Assembly (NCBI GenBank): GCA_001600695.1
Contig: BCKQ01000009.1
Span: 266,913-330,912 of the forward strand
DNA: 64,000 nt
Direction of reading: 5' to 3'
Source of the DNA: Ascoidea asiatica JCM 7603
Taxonomy: Eukaryota > Fungi > Ascomycota
Positions 22,498 through 33,586 of the stretch are shown piece by piece. The position numbers were made by a program, and so were the translations under genes. Position 1 is the first letter of the stretch. Every line of letters begins with the position of its first letter. The notes beneath the pieces were generated by a model. That model saw nothing but the letters and a program-made list of their open reading frames with translations. It was not told where the DNA came from and did no database searches.

Positions 22498-24051
22498 ATG
22501 TTCAAGACCTCATTCTTAAGAGTTTCACCTCAAAGAACTTTATTGGTTAATTTAAGATATTTTTCAAATTCATTAAAATTTTTAAATCAAAATGTAGTTA
22601 ATAAAAATACAACTACTTTAAAAAGACCTTCTCATGATATAAAATTTATTATAAAAAATTTAAATCAATATAAAGAAAGTATTGAAAAAAGAAATTTATC
22701 TTTAACCAATAATTTATTAACTTCAGAAAATTTAGATAAGATACCAATTTTATATTCAAAATTAAATTCATTAAATTTAGATAAAGCTTTATTAATTAAA
22801 AAAAGATCTGAAATTCAAAGTAATTTAAAATCTTCAAGTTTTAAAAAAAATTCCATTAGTAATAGTAATGAAAATGGGAATAAAGAATTCCATTTTAAAA
22901 AATTGATTGAAATTAAAAATAAAAATAAATTTTTAGAAACTGAAATTAATGAATTAGAATTAAAACTTTATCAAATTTTAAATGTTTTACCAAATTTAAT
23001 AGATCCTTCTATTGAATCTAAACAAATCGTTGTGAATTACTTAAATTTTCCAATTAATAAAACTAATTCAAAATTAAATTCAAATTCAAATTTAATTGAA
23101 AAAGAAAATTTTTTAAATAATTCAATTGAATTTAAAGAAAATAAAGAAAATTTAAAATTTGATCATAAAGAAATTGGGGTTAAATTTAAATTAATGGATT
23201 TTCAAACAGCTTCAATAGTTTCAGGAACTTCATGGTATTATTTAATTAATGATGGTGCATTATTAGAACAAGCTTTAATTCAATATACAATTAAAAAAGC
23301 AAGAAATCATGGATTTAATTTAGTTAGTCCACCAACAATTGTAAAAAGTGAAGTTGCAAATGCTTGTGGTTTTCAACCAAGAGATCAAAATAATGAAGAA
23401 CAAATTTATCAAATAAGTAATGAAAGTAGTAATAATTTATGTTTAATTGGAACTGCAGAAATTCCACTTGCAGGTATGGGAATTAATAAAATTTTTAAAT
23501 ATAATTCATTACCTTATCGTAATGTTGGTATAAGTAGAAGTTTTAGAGCAGAAGCAGGAGCAAGAGGTAAAGATACAAAAGGACTTTATAGAGTTCATGA
23601 ATTTACAAAAATTGAATTATTTACATGGTGTAAAAAAGAAGAATCAAATTTAGAATTAGAAAAATTAAGAATTTTACAAGAAGATATAATTTTAAATTTA
23701 GAAATTTTTTCAAGAGTTTTAAAAATGCCATTTAATGATTTAGGATCACCAGCTTTTAAAAAATATGATATTGAATCATGGATGCCAGGACGTGGTAAAT
23801 GGGGAGAATTAACATCAAGTTCAAATTGTACAGATTATCAAAGTAGAAGATTAAATTGTAAATATATTGATGAAAAAAATAATAATAAAATTGAATTTAT
23901 TCATACATTAAATGCAACAGGTATTGCAATTCCAAGAATTATTATAAGTTTAATTGAAAATAATTTTGATGAAAAAAATAATTGTATATGGATTCCAAAA
24001 GTTTTAAGAGAATATATGGATGGTAGAGATAAAATTGAATATAAAGAATGA
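22498..24051 (+). CDS. DIA4: Mitochondrial seryl-tRNA synthetase
   Basis: Basic presequence-like N-terminus. Class II SerRS motifs LIGTAEIPL, FRAEAGARG..GLYRVHEFTKIE, KKYDIESW, ELTSSSNCTDYQSRRL and HTLNAT. Confidence 0.93.
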   Translation: MFKTSFLRVSPQRTLLVNLRYFSNSLKFLNQNVVNKNTTTLKRPSHDIKFIIKNLNQYKESIEKRNLSLTNNLLTSENLDKIPILYSKLNSLNLDKALLIKKRSEIQSNLKSSSFKKNSISNSNENGNKEFHFKKLIEIKNKNKFLETEINELELKLYQILNVLPNLIDPSIESKQIVVNYLNFPINKTNSKLNSNSNLIEKENFLNNSIEFKENKENLKFDHKEIGVKFKLMDFQTASIVSGTSWYYLINDGALLEQALIQYTIKKARNHGFNLVSPPTIVKSEVANACGFQPRDQNNEEQIYQISNESSNNLCLIGTAEIPLAGMGINKIFKYNSLPYRNVGISRSFRAEAGARGKDTKGLYRVHEFTKIELFTWCKKEESNLELEKLRILQEDIILNLEIFSRVLKMPFNDLGSPAFKKYDIESWMPGRGKWGELTSSSNCTDYQSRRLNCKYIDEKNNNKIEFIHTLNATGIAIPRIIISLIENNFDEKNNCIWIPKVLREYMDGRDKIEYKE

Positions 24052-24070
24052 ATAAGAACTTCTAGTGTAT

Positions 24071-24072
<2 letters not shown>

Positions 24073-24109
<37 letters not shown>

Positions 24110-24230
24110 GATTGTGTAGATAAATAGAAAACATATAGAAAAATAAAAGACAAATAAAAGAATAAAACATTAAAGAGTAAGTATGTAGATAAGTAAGGAA
24201 CTTTATGTAAATATATACAGTATATATACA
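24073..24230. promoter_or_regulatory. Puf3-type elements in convergent 3' UTRs of DIA4 and MRPL13
   Basis: Plus strand: TGTATATA 24073, TGTAAATA 24206. Minus strand: TGTATATA at 24212-24219 and 24223-24230. Confidence 0.6.
24075..24106. repeat. (TA)16 microsatellite
   Basis: Read directly from the sequence. Confidence 0.95.
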
Positions 24231-24249
24231 AGTAAAATATTATATTAAA

Positions 24250-25107
24250 TTAAATTGAATTTGAGATTGCATTATTAAGTTTTGATTTTTCATAATCAGT
24301 TGCTTTTTTAAGTAAATTTTTATAATTTTTCTTAATTTTCTTTTGATTATAATCATTTTCTATAAATACATTATTTAAATCAGAGAATAATTGATGATTT
24401 ATATAAATTGCATTTGGTAAATTTTCATTATAGCGAGAAGCTTCAAAAGATAATTTATTTAATAAAAACCAATTTTTTAAAGATGAAATTGAATCAGAAG
24501 TTGATAAGATATAATCAGGAATTATGATACCTGAATTTATAGAAATTTTTTTAAAAAAATTGAATCTAAAATTTAAATTTGATAAAATTGAATCATTAAT
24601 TTCATTTAAATTTTTAATTTCATTTTCTTTAGTTTCTTTAGTTTCATTAAAAGATTTTATAATTATTGAATCTAATTGAGATTCAGAATTAATTTTTTTT
24701 GAATTTAACCAATTTTTAATTTTAAAATTATTTAATTCTTTTGAAGTATAATTTTTTATTGGTTTTAAACCAATAATTTCTAAATCATCAATATTAACAA
24801 TTTTACCAGAAACTTCAGAATCTGAATCAGAATTATCTTTATTATTATTATGAGTATCTAAAGATAAAGAATTATCATCATTTGATTGTAATTCATTAAT
24901 AAGTTGATTTGGATCTTTAATTTCAGGTTGTTTTGGAATAATATTTTCAGAATTTTTTTTACCTGTAAGTGAAGAAGTTTTTGCTTTTATCCATGACATG
25001 AAATCATTATTGATTGAAGTTGAATGAATAGATCTTCTTACAGTTACAACTGGAATAGTAGTTCTTGTAAGAATTGAGGTGGCCCTTATAGTAAACATGT
25101 TGAACAT
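24250..25107 (-). CDS. MRPL13: Mitochondrial large-subunit ribosomal protein mL50
   Basis: Presequence-like N-terminus followed by FMSW; L.FRFNFFK..G.IIPDY.L and PNAIYI segments typical of fungal mL50. Puf3 sites downstream. Confidence 0.7.
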   Translation of the reverse strand: MFNMFTIRATSILTRTTIPVVTVRRSIHSTSINNDFMSWIKAKTSSLTGKKNSENIIPKQPEIKDPNQLINELQSNDDNSLSLDTHNNNKDNSDSDSEVSGKIVNIDDLEIIGLKPIKNYTSKELNNFKIKNWLNSKKINSESQLDSIIIKSFNETKETKENEIKNLNEINDSILSNLNFRFNFFKKISINSGIIIPDYILSTSDSISSLKNWFLLNKLSFEASRYNENLPNAIYINHQLFSDLNNVFIENDYNQKKIKKNYKNLLKKATDYEKSKLNNAISNSI

Positions 25108-25841
25108 GGTAATGAACTGGATGATATTGGTAATGTTGGTAATATTGATGATATTTATGAAATTGAATAAAGGTTTAAAAGTGAATAGTAATAATTATTG
25201 ATCAGAAACAGAATTTTCACATCATTGGCAGAGAGAGAAACAAAGACATTGGAAGGTGTCACGTGGAGCCAGGGCCTTAGAAGTGGTTTCCTGAAAAAAA
25301 CGTGATCAAAACTGTAGGTCAGTAAAAACTAAAGAAAACACACCAAACGGATGAATAGCCACTAGTGCACCTATGCCACTGATGCCATCTCTGCCTCTGC
25401 TGCCATAACCGCAGTTTCCTCTTCTTTCTTCCTTTCTTTCCTTTTCTTTGTTGTCTCTTCATTCTCACTTATTTCATCCTCGTTTCTTGTTTCTTGTTTC
25501 TTGTTTCTTGTTTCTTGTTTCTTTTTGTTCTTCTCAGTCTCAGATGAGAATATTTCCTTCTGGCACGTATTCTTTTTTCATTCTTTATTCTTTGTTTATT
25601 TTCAATGTGGCTTTGGTTTCGATTCTTTTTTCAATTGGAATTCGTTTTCAATTGACAATCCCAATTCAATTCCAATTCAATTCAATTCAAATTAATATAT
25701 CAATAGAGAAAATCTTTTCCTATTAATTAATTTATTAATTCATTCTTTTATTTCTTCAATTACTTTAATTAATTCAATTCTTTTTATTATCCTCCACAAA
25801 AAGAAATTAACTTTTAGATTAAATTTATTTTTAAAAAAAAA

Positions 25842-27167
25842 ATGAAAGGTTTTTCAAAATCAATTTCTAGAGCTCCACAAAATTTTCGTCAAAAATTTAA
25901 TATTGGTAAAGAAACAATTGATTCTGAATATATTGAATCAAATAAAAAATTTTTAAATTTAGAAATTCAAATTAAAACTCTTGAAAATGAATTAAATAGA
26001 TTATTTAAATCAATTAATGATATGTTAGATTATCAATTAACTTTTTCAAATTCTATTCAACAATTATATAAACTAAATTCAAATTCAAATTCAAATTCAA
26101 ATAATAAATCATTTGAAGACATTAATGATGATAATAATAATGTGGAAATTGATTCAAATGCTTTAAAAACAATTCAATTAACTGATGATTATAAAAAAAT
26201 TGTTAATGATTTAAAATTACAATTAGAACCTGATATACAATTAATTCAAAATAATATTATAAAACCATGTAAATTTTTATTAAAAATTATTAATTCAATT
26301 AAAAAAATTTCTTTAAAAAGAGATCATAAAAAATTAGATCTTGATCATTATTCAACTTCTTTAAATAAATATCAAAATAGATCAAATCAATCTCAATCTC
26401 AAACTCCAAGAGATATTCAAAAATTATCAAAAGCTCAATCAAATTTTCAAATTGCTGAAGAAGAATTTAATTATTATAATAATATTTTAAAATTAGATTT
26501 ACCTGTTTTTTTTAATCAACAATTAAATCTTATACAACCATTATTTGTTTCTTTATATTTCATTCAATTATCTATTTTTTATACTTTATATAATCATTTT
26601 CAATCTTTAAATTTAAATTTCTCAACAAATTTTAATAATGATTCAAATATTGATATTCAAAATTATAATAATCAAATGAATTCAGTTAAATTAGAACTTG
26701 ATAATATGAAAATTACAAATTATAGATTAGGTTATGCTAAATCAAAACTGCATCTAGATTTAAGATCTCAATTTCAATCAACATCTCAATCAACATCTCA
26801 ATCAAATTCAAATTCAAATTCAAATTCAAATTCAAATTCAAATTCAAATTTCAATAGTAATAATTATAATAATAATCAATCTACTCAAGATATGAATTCT
26901 TCAAAAAGTTTCAATTCTTCAACAACTTCTTTACAAAATTCTAATAATAATTCTAATAATAATTCTAATTATAATTTAAACTCAAATATTGAAACTTGTA
27001 CTGCTTTATATAATTATTCTGCTCAAGCTCAAGGTGATTTATCTTTTAATCAAGGTTCTATAATTGAAATTGTTCAAAGAACCCCTGATAATAATGGTTG
27101 GTGGACTGGAAAATTAAATGGTCAAATTGGTATATTTCCTGGTAATTATGTTAAACTTAATAAATAA
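25842..27167 (+). CDS. RVS167: Amphiphysin-like BAR + SH3 protein (Rvs167 family)
   Basis: KGFSKSISRAPQNFRQKF, KRDHKKLDLD, PLFVSLYFIQL.IFYTLYN, and SH3 ALYNYSAQAQGDLSF..WWTG..GIFPGNYV. The linker is Asn/Ser-rich. May be a divergent paralog. Confidence 0.85.
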   Translation: MKGFSKSISRAPQNFRQKFNIGKETIDSEYIESNKKFLNLEIQIKTLENELNRLFKSINDMLDYQLTFSNSIQQLYKLNSNSNSNSNNKSFEDINDDNNNVEIDSNALKTIQLTDDYKKIVNDLKLQLEPDIQLIQNNIIKPCKFLLKIINSIKKISLKRDHKKLDLDHYSTSLNKYQNRSNQSQSQTPRDIQKLSKAQSNFQIAEEEFNYYNNILKLDLPVFFNQQLNLIQPLFVSLYFIQLSIFYTLYNHFQSLNLNFSTNFNNDSNIDIQNYNNQMNSVKLELDNMKITNYRLGYAKSKLHLDLRSQFQSTSQSTSQSNSNSNSNSNSNSNSNFNSNNYNNNQSTQDMNSSKSFNSSTTSLQNSNNNSNNNSNYNLNSNIETCTALYNYSAQAQGDLSFNQGSIIEIVQRTPDNNGWWTGKLNGQIGIFPGNYVKLNK

Positions 27168-27224
27168 TAACTTATATATTTATAATATAAAATGAAGATA
27201 GATAAAGAGAGACAATATGTTTTT

Positions 27225-28904
27225 TTAAACAGTTTCTTGTAATTTATTTGCCTTATTTATAAGACTTACATTATTATTTATATTATCATTTTCATTAGTC
27301 ATTTCATCTTTATTATTATTACTTATCTCATTATTTTCTTCATTATCTTTTTCTTCATTATCAAAAGAACTTGATTTTCCAATTCTTAAAAAAAAACTTA
27401 AAATAAATGCTAAAGCTCCAACTCCAGTACCAAACCACCAAGCATTTTTAAATGCATCAAATAATTTATTTGGATCTGAATTACCTGTTGATGAAGAAAA
27501 TTGAGGATATTTTGATGTAACTAAAGCACTTGAAATTGCTAATCCAACTGATGTACTTATTTGAATTACAGTATTAAATATTGCACTTGCTGTACTTCGT
27601 AAATTTTTTTTGACTGATGTTAAAGTAACTAAATTACAAACATTATATGCTAAATCTGCTCCAATTACACATAATATAAATGAAAAAAATGGTCCTAACC
27701 AATAATTTCTATATTGATTTTTCATTGTTGCCCATAATAATACAGATCCAAAAAATCCAAAAGTTGAAATTATCATTAAAAATTCACTTTTTATTAAATG
27801 TAATGTTAAACCTGCAAAAATATTAACCATAATACCAACAATACCCATTGGTAATAAACATGCTACAGTTAATAATGGAGTATAATTTTTTATATCTAAA
27901 AAATATAAAACTGCATAATATTGTATAACACCTAAAAAATTTAACCAACATAATGAAATTATTATCATACATAATGAAAAATTTTTATTTTTAAATAATT
28001 TTAATGGTAATAATGGAAATTTTGGTATATATTTTTCATAAATTATTAAAATAAATAATAAAAAAACACCAATTAGTAAAGTTATAATAATATATGGAGT
28101 TTTCCAACCTTTTGAAGTTGCACCAGCTTGTGTTAAAGCAAATACAATTAATAAAAAACCAGATAATGATAATAAAGCTCCAATAAAATCAATTTTTTTC
28201 AAATCTTTTAAATCAATAAATAAATTTCTTATAGAAATTTTAAATTTTTTAAAAATTGAATAATTATTTGAATCATAAATATGAGGTTTATCATTTGGAA
28301 CTAAAAAAATAGCTAAGATTGATAAAATTGAGTAAAGAATTGCGAAAAAAAAATGAATTGCAGTCCAATCTATTAATTGAACACAAATTGCAGCAATTAT
28401 TAAACCAACTATTGAACCTAATGGAGCACCAGCAGCAAAAGTAGCTAAAGCAGCATTTTTTCTTCTTGAAGGATTATAAAGAGAAGAAACAAGACCAGCA
28501 GAAGCAGGAGTTGCAGGAGATATCACAGCACCACTTAAAGCTCTACAAATACATAAACCAATAAATGAATTTGTCATAAATCCAGATATTAAATTTAATA
28601 AACTATATAATAAATAACTTAAAATTAAACAATTTTTTCTACCAACAATATCAGCAATTGAACCAGACATTAATAAAAAAGCACCATTTGATAAAGATAT
28701 TGAACCAACAGACCAAGTTAATGGACCACCTTGAATATTAAATTGATTTGAAATTGCTTGAATTGCAATTTGATAAGCACTACCAGCAATTGCAGCTGCA
28801 GCTGGTGATGATGTAAAAATTAATATAACTATAATTTCTTGAAATGTTGAAGTAAATTGTTTTGGTCTTTCACCAAAATTTGAAACTGAATTTGAATTTT
28901 TCAT
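27225..28904 (-). CDS. MFS drug:H+ antiporter, DHA2 (14-TM) family, Atr1/Amf1-like
   Basis: Motif A GSIADIVGRK, RALSG, GAPLGSIVG, DFIGALL, GWKTPY and many hydrophobic segments. Confidence 0.88.
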   Translation of the reverse strand: MKNSNSVSNFGERPKQFTSTFQEIIVILIFTSSPAAAAIAGSAYQIAIQAISNQFNIQGGPLTWSVGSISLSNGAFLLMSGSIADIVGRKNCLILSYLLYSLLNLISGFMTNSFIGLCICRALSGAVISPATPASAGLVSSLYNPSRRKNAALATFAAGAPLGSIVGLIIAAICVQLIDWTAIHFFFAILYSILSILAIFLVPNDKPHIYDSNNYSIFKKFKISIRNLFIDLKDLKKIDFIGALLSLSGFLLIVFALTQAGATSKGWKTPYIIITLLIGVFLLFILIIYEKYIPKFPLLPLKLFKNKNFSLCMIIISLCWLNFLGVIQYYAVLYFLDIKNYTPLLTVACLLPMGIVGIMVNIFAGLTLHLIKSEFLMIISTFGFFGSVLLWATMKNQYRNYWLGPFFSFILCVIGADLAYNVCNLVTLTSVKKNLRSTASAIFNTVIQISTSVGLAISSALVTSKYPQFSSSTGNSDPNKLFDAFKNAWWFGTGVGALAFILSFFLRIGKSSSFDNEEKDNEENNEISNNNKDEMTNENDNINNNVSLINKANKLQETV

Positions 28905-29568
28905 TTTTATTTTTGTTTAAATATGCAGATTATGTACAGTATGTACTAAAAGTAATACAAGTACACTTTGAATTAATTATTATGATAGTTTATGATAATT
29001 TATGATATTATATGATATAATATAAATAACATTGTAAAGAGAATCATTATAATTAGTATATAATATATATAAAATTATGATTATTCAAGATAATTTTGAA
29101 TAAATAATTACATAGTAAATAATGTTAAAGGCTTAAAAGCATTTAAAAAGCAAAATAATAAAATTAAAAAATTGTAAACGATGATTGAAGAATTCGAGAA
29201 ATAATTAGTAAACTCAGGTATTGATTTTATTTAGCCGTATTTTACTACTATTTTAGTAATCGTTGAGTTACCATAGTTAAGCTATCATAGTTAAGCTAGC
29301 CATTCTCGGAGTTAAGACGCAGTTAATTCCTTAGGGTCTGAAACCGGAAATCAAAATGACATCGAGGGTGTTCAGTCACGTTCGTTCTCCCACTTTACTG
29401 AATTCTGACCGGAAACTGGATAAGTATTGTTTATTGAGTTACTCGCATAGTTAAAGATAAAGTATTTCTGAGTGAGTAAACAAATGAAAGTAAAATAACA
29501 AAAGTTATTCCAGTTCCAGTTGCAAGTGTTGTTTGTTCATGAATGAATGAATGCTTTTGTGTTCTGGG

Positions 29569-29620
29569 GAAGACTCCCAAGAAGACTTCCAAGAAGACTC
29601 TCAAGAAGATTCTCAAGAAG
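29569..29620. repeat. 12-bp tandem repeat (GAAGAYTYYCAA) x4.3
   Basis: GAAGACTCCCAA, GAAGACTTCCAA, GAAGACTCTCAA, GAAGATTCTCAA, GAAG in the divergent promoter between the MFS gene and NDT80. Confidence 0.85.
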
Positions 29621-30559
29621 GCATTGGAGAAAAAAGATGGTGGGCCCGCTGCTTCTGCCACTGCCAGTTCTTCTTCTACAAGGGAGTTATCGGGGAGCAG
29701 AGAAAAGATGGTTTTCAAGGTGTTTGCCAGTGCTTCTTTTTTAGAAGTGTTTGTGTTTTCTGAGAGAAGTTGTAACTTTAGAAATTTGCTTCTTTTTTGT
29801 TTGTAGCCACTGGTTCACTTACTTCTTTTCTCTCTTCTTTGCTCCCCTCTGGGCCATGGCAATCGTTTTCTAGCTTCTTCAACTTCTCAATGGATAATTT
29901 CATTGGCGATAATCAATGTCTTTTTTATGTTCTCTCTCTCATCATAAGAGCTAATATACTGTTTTTTAACTGAAGTAAATCTCTTCATTATCTACAATTC
30001 ATTATTTCATAAAAAGATCATTTCAATAATACAACTCCAGTTTCACTAAATTTTATATTATTATTTCCAATTTATGTTTAAAATCCTTCTTCAGCGTACA
30101 GTTATTTTTTTTTTTAAATCTTTTAGCGGTTACAAAAATTCATAACTTTCAATTGCAAAAAAAATTACTCTTCTATTTTCACTCATTAATTAAAATTTTT
30201 TATTAAAAGTGATATCTGGGTTCTGTTATTTTTTATATAATAAGTGGTTATTATAAGGTATTTATTATAAGGTATTTATTAATTATTTTCAATATTTTCT
30301 TATTATTCAAAATTATACATTTTTATGTTTGAGCGTTTATTAACGTGTTTTTTCTAATCATGATGTCTAAAGATTATTATCAATTGTTGTTCATTTATTC
30401 ATTCCTTCATCGATAAATTTATATTTCTCTATTAATATATTAAATTATTAATAAAAGTTTAAAAGAAATTAAAGGTTTTGGTATTTATTATTTTCAAATA
30501 TTCACTTTCAATCAAAGGAAATCAAATGTATATAAAACTCTGTTTTTTATCTATTAATA

Positions 30560-33500
30560 ATGCCATCACAAAATCATAATCAAAATTTTTTAGATGATCA
30601 ACAACCAATAGCTGATATTACAGCTTATATCAATTCTGCCTTAATTTCTACTTGTTTAACTGAAACTCAAACTCCAGAACTTATTTTAAATAATTCTCTA
30701 TTACCAATTGAAAACCTTAACAGCGCCGATAATATTCTTAATAATTCAAATAAGGATAAAATTATAGTTAATGGTAAAGGTAAAGATAAAGATAAAGATA
30801 AAGATAAAGATAAAGATAAAAATAAAGTTAAAAAGATAGATATTGAAAAAGGTAAAGATATAGATAAAGATAAAGGTATTCGAATTAATATTTTACCTTC
30901 CAATAAAAATGATAATGATAAGTCAATTAATAAAGAGATCTCTTTAAATAAATTCAAAAAAGTTTCTGAAAAAAATAATTCAACTAAAATAATTCTCGAA
31001 AATAAATTAAAGTGTAAACCTAAAAGTCAAATTAAAACTCAAATAAAAAATCAAATCAAAAATATAAGTAAATCCTCAATCAAATTAAATTGTAAAAAAA
31101 ATATTAAAAATAATTCTAAACAAAATTCAAAAATTAATTCTAAAAATTCAATATCTCTGCAAACTGACTTTGAGAATCATGATTTATCTACTTCTTCAGA
31201 TTTAACTTCATTATCAAAAAGGAAAAAACAAAAATTAGCTCCACGTTCAAGTCTACAATTTAAAGTTGGTCCTCAATTTTCTGATACAAATGAAATTCAT
31301 AAAATTTTTACATCAAAGGGCAAACATCTTAAACCAACAATTTCTTCAAGAATTGATAGAGGTTTTGAAAGATTAAATAATGAATGGATTGGTTACAAAA
31401 GAAATTATTTTACTTTAGTTACAACTTTTGATTTTGAAAATTATGCTTTTCAGGATTTTTTAAATGAAAGTTTTTTAATTGACTTATCTTCAGAGAACTC
31501 TTGTGATAAAAATTTAGTTGAAGTTAAATATTTTGCTCTTAGATTAGTTTCCAAATGTTCTGAAGATAATTCTTTTATTAATTTAGTACAACATACTGCA
31601 AAAAGAGATAGAGGCCCTCAATTTGCTCCACCTGTATTCCCAGCTGTTCCCGGTGAATTACCAAATCATAACGTAATAAAAGAAGCTGCAAATGTTAGAA
31701 ATGGTGAAAAAATTGCAAAATTAGATAAAGTTTTTTATTTTAATAGAGATAAATATTTTTCTAAAGATAATACTACTTTAGTTTCTAATCTAAGATGCAT
31801 TGATAATAAAAATATTTCTAGTGAAAATTGTATTAAAGATTCCAAAAAAATTTCTAATTCAATTCAAAAAGAAGATTTTTCTGATGATTTCAAAACTGAT
31901 TCTGAAATTAATTCTCAGTTTCTTTCCACTGATGATGTTGATATGATCATTAATCCTTCTTTAAACTTAGGTTCAAATTTGGATTCAAATTCTAATAATT
32001 CCACTATTATTAATAATAAAAGTACTATTTCAAATAATGAACTAAAAAAGTTTGATAATAAATTTTCTAAATCTGGTGATTGTAAAGTTGTTGAAAATTT
32101 GAATTCGAATCCTCCAAAAATTGTTATAAATCCAAATAGTTGTCTGTCACATTATCCAAAAGATAAAATTTCAAAAGTTGCACGTTATGAGCGAATTCAA
32201 TTTGCATCTTCAATTAATTATAGAAAACCAACATCTAGTAATAGACACTTTAAACTTTTTGTTCAATTATTAGCATTCGCAATGGATGATAAGGAACATG
32301 TCATTGCTCTTGCTGAAACTCCTCCATTAATAATAAGAGGTAGATCTCCTTCAAATTATCAATCTATTAATAAAACTCCAAAGCTTTGTAATAATTCAAA
32401 AATTAAAAAAGTTTCAAGCCCCATAATCAGTTCCACTTCTAAAGTACAGAAAATTAATGAAGAGAATGCTACTATAATAGCAAATATAATCTCTTCTTCT
32501 GACACTATAATGAAAGCTAGTAATCCGATGCTTAATTCTGATATTAATTCTAATAATATAGAAACTATAAGTCCGATCCTCAAAAGTTCTCCTAAAGTAA
32601 CCTCGGCGAAATCATCAAAAAAAGCTTCTAAAAAGGTTAAAAAACCAAAAAAGAAAAATATATCCAATCAAAAAGAAAAAATCAAAGGATCAACAAAACC
32701 AAAATTACCTAAAAAGAAAAAAGTCGTTAAAGAATCTATTTCAAAAAAGTCAAAAACTGAAACAGATTTAAGTGAATTCAATTTCAATTATGATTTTGAT
32801 ACATGTATTCTATCAAATGGATTTAAACTGCCGCTTACTAATACCTGTACAAATGGTGATATAGATTTTGAAATGAGCTTCCTCTCTAATTTATCTTTGA
32901 ATCGACTTGAAACTCCTTTGGATGACCAATTTAACTTTAATTTTGATTTTAACCTTGATGATAAATTAATTGACCTTAGTTTGACAAAAAGTATTAATCA
33001 AGCAAATTTGTTAAATATGGATAATAAACCTGAGACTATAGATGATGATAAAGTTCCTCCAATTGATAATTTGTTCAATGAGGCTGACTTTGAAAGTATT
33101 TTTCCTCCGGATTTTGAAAAATTTTTATCTCAAGGAAAGGAATTAAACTTTTTGGAAGGCTTAAATTTACCAGATTTAAATACAATCACATTAGAAAATC
33201 CAATTGATTTTGATTTCGATAATTTTGACATCAGAAATAGCAATCATCCAACTAGTGTTGAAAATTCAAACATAAATGTCTTTTCAAGTTATCAAGTGAA
33301 TAATTCTCAAACCAATAACATTCAGAATAATTCAGCCTTTTTGTATTCAGATCAAACATCTCTACACATTAATAGTCCTTATGCAATAAACAACAATCAA
33401 GAATCTAAGTGTTGGGAATCTGATAGTTTCATTCGTTTAAGTAAAGAAATATATGATCTGGGAGATAAACTCTCAGCCGACCTTATTGATATTTCTATTT

Positions 33501-33586
33501 CAAAGCCTTCTGCTGTTTGTGAAGGGTTAAATGATGAATGTCCAAGTATGTTAATTCCTACTAGCGAACCTCAGATTGCTTTTTAA
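30560..33586 (+). CDS. NDT80: Ndt80/PhoG-family transcription factor
   Basis: FKVGPQF, RIDRGF, WIGYKRNYFTLV, LVQHTAKRDRGPQF, KVARYERIQFASSI and TPPLIIRGRSPSNY. Two CACAAA MSE cores upstream (29555-29561 and 29750-29755, minus strand). Confidence 0.9.
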   Translation: MPSQNHNQNFLDDQQPIADITAYINSALISTCLTETQTPELILNNSLLPIENLNSADNILNNSNKDKIIVNGKGKDKDKDKDKDKDKNKVKKIDIEKGKDIDKDKGIRINILPSNKNDNDKSINKEISLNKFKKVSEKNNSTKIILENKLKCKPKSQIKTQIKNQIKNISKSSIKLNCKKNIKNNSKQNSKINSKNSISLQTDFENHDLSTSSDLTSLSKRKKQKLAPRSSLQFKVGPQFSDTNEIHKIFTSKGKHLKPTISSRIDRGFERLNNEWIGYKRNYFTLVTTFDFENYAFQDFLNESFLIDLSSENSCDKNLVEVKYFALRLVSKCSEDNSFINLVQHTAKRDRGPQFAPPVFPAVPGELPNHNVIKEAANVRNGEKIAKLDKVFYFNRDKYFSKDNTTLVSNLRCIDNKNISSENCIKDSKKISNSIQKEDFSDDFKTDSEINSQFLSTDDVDMIINPSLNLGSNLDSNSNNSTIINNKSTISNNELKKFDNKFSKSGDCKVVENLNSNPPKIVINPNSCLSHYPKDKISKVARYERIQFASSINYRKPTSSNRHFKLFVQLLAFAMDDKEHVIALAETPPLIIRGRSPSNYQSINKTPKLCNNSKIKKVSSPIISSTSKVQKINEENATIIANIISSSDTIMKASNPMLNSDINSNNIETISPILKSSPKVTSAKSSKKASKKVKKPKKKNISNQKEKIKGSTKPKLPKKKKVVKESISKKSKTETDLSEFNFNYDFDTCILSNGFKLPLTNTCTNGDIDFEMSFLSNLSLNRLETPLDDQFNFNFDFNLDDKLIDLSLTKSINQANLLNMDNKPETIDDDKVPPIDNLFNEADFESIFPPDFEKFLSQGKELNFLEGLNLPDLNTITLENPIDFDFDNFDIRNSNHPTSVENSNINVFSSYQVNNSQTNNIQNNSAFLYSDQTSLHINSPYAINNNQESKCWESDSFIRLSKEIYDLGDKLSADLIDISISKPSAVCEGLNDECPSMLIPTSEPQIAF

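Noticed and set aside
29431-29806. Four overlapping short ORFs, one histone-like (KKTSKKTLKKILKK)
   Set aside because: By-product of the 12-bp repeat and GC-richer promoter DNA; no family motif.
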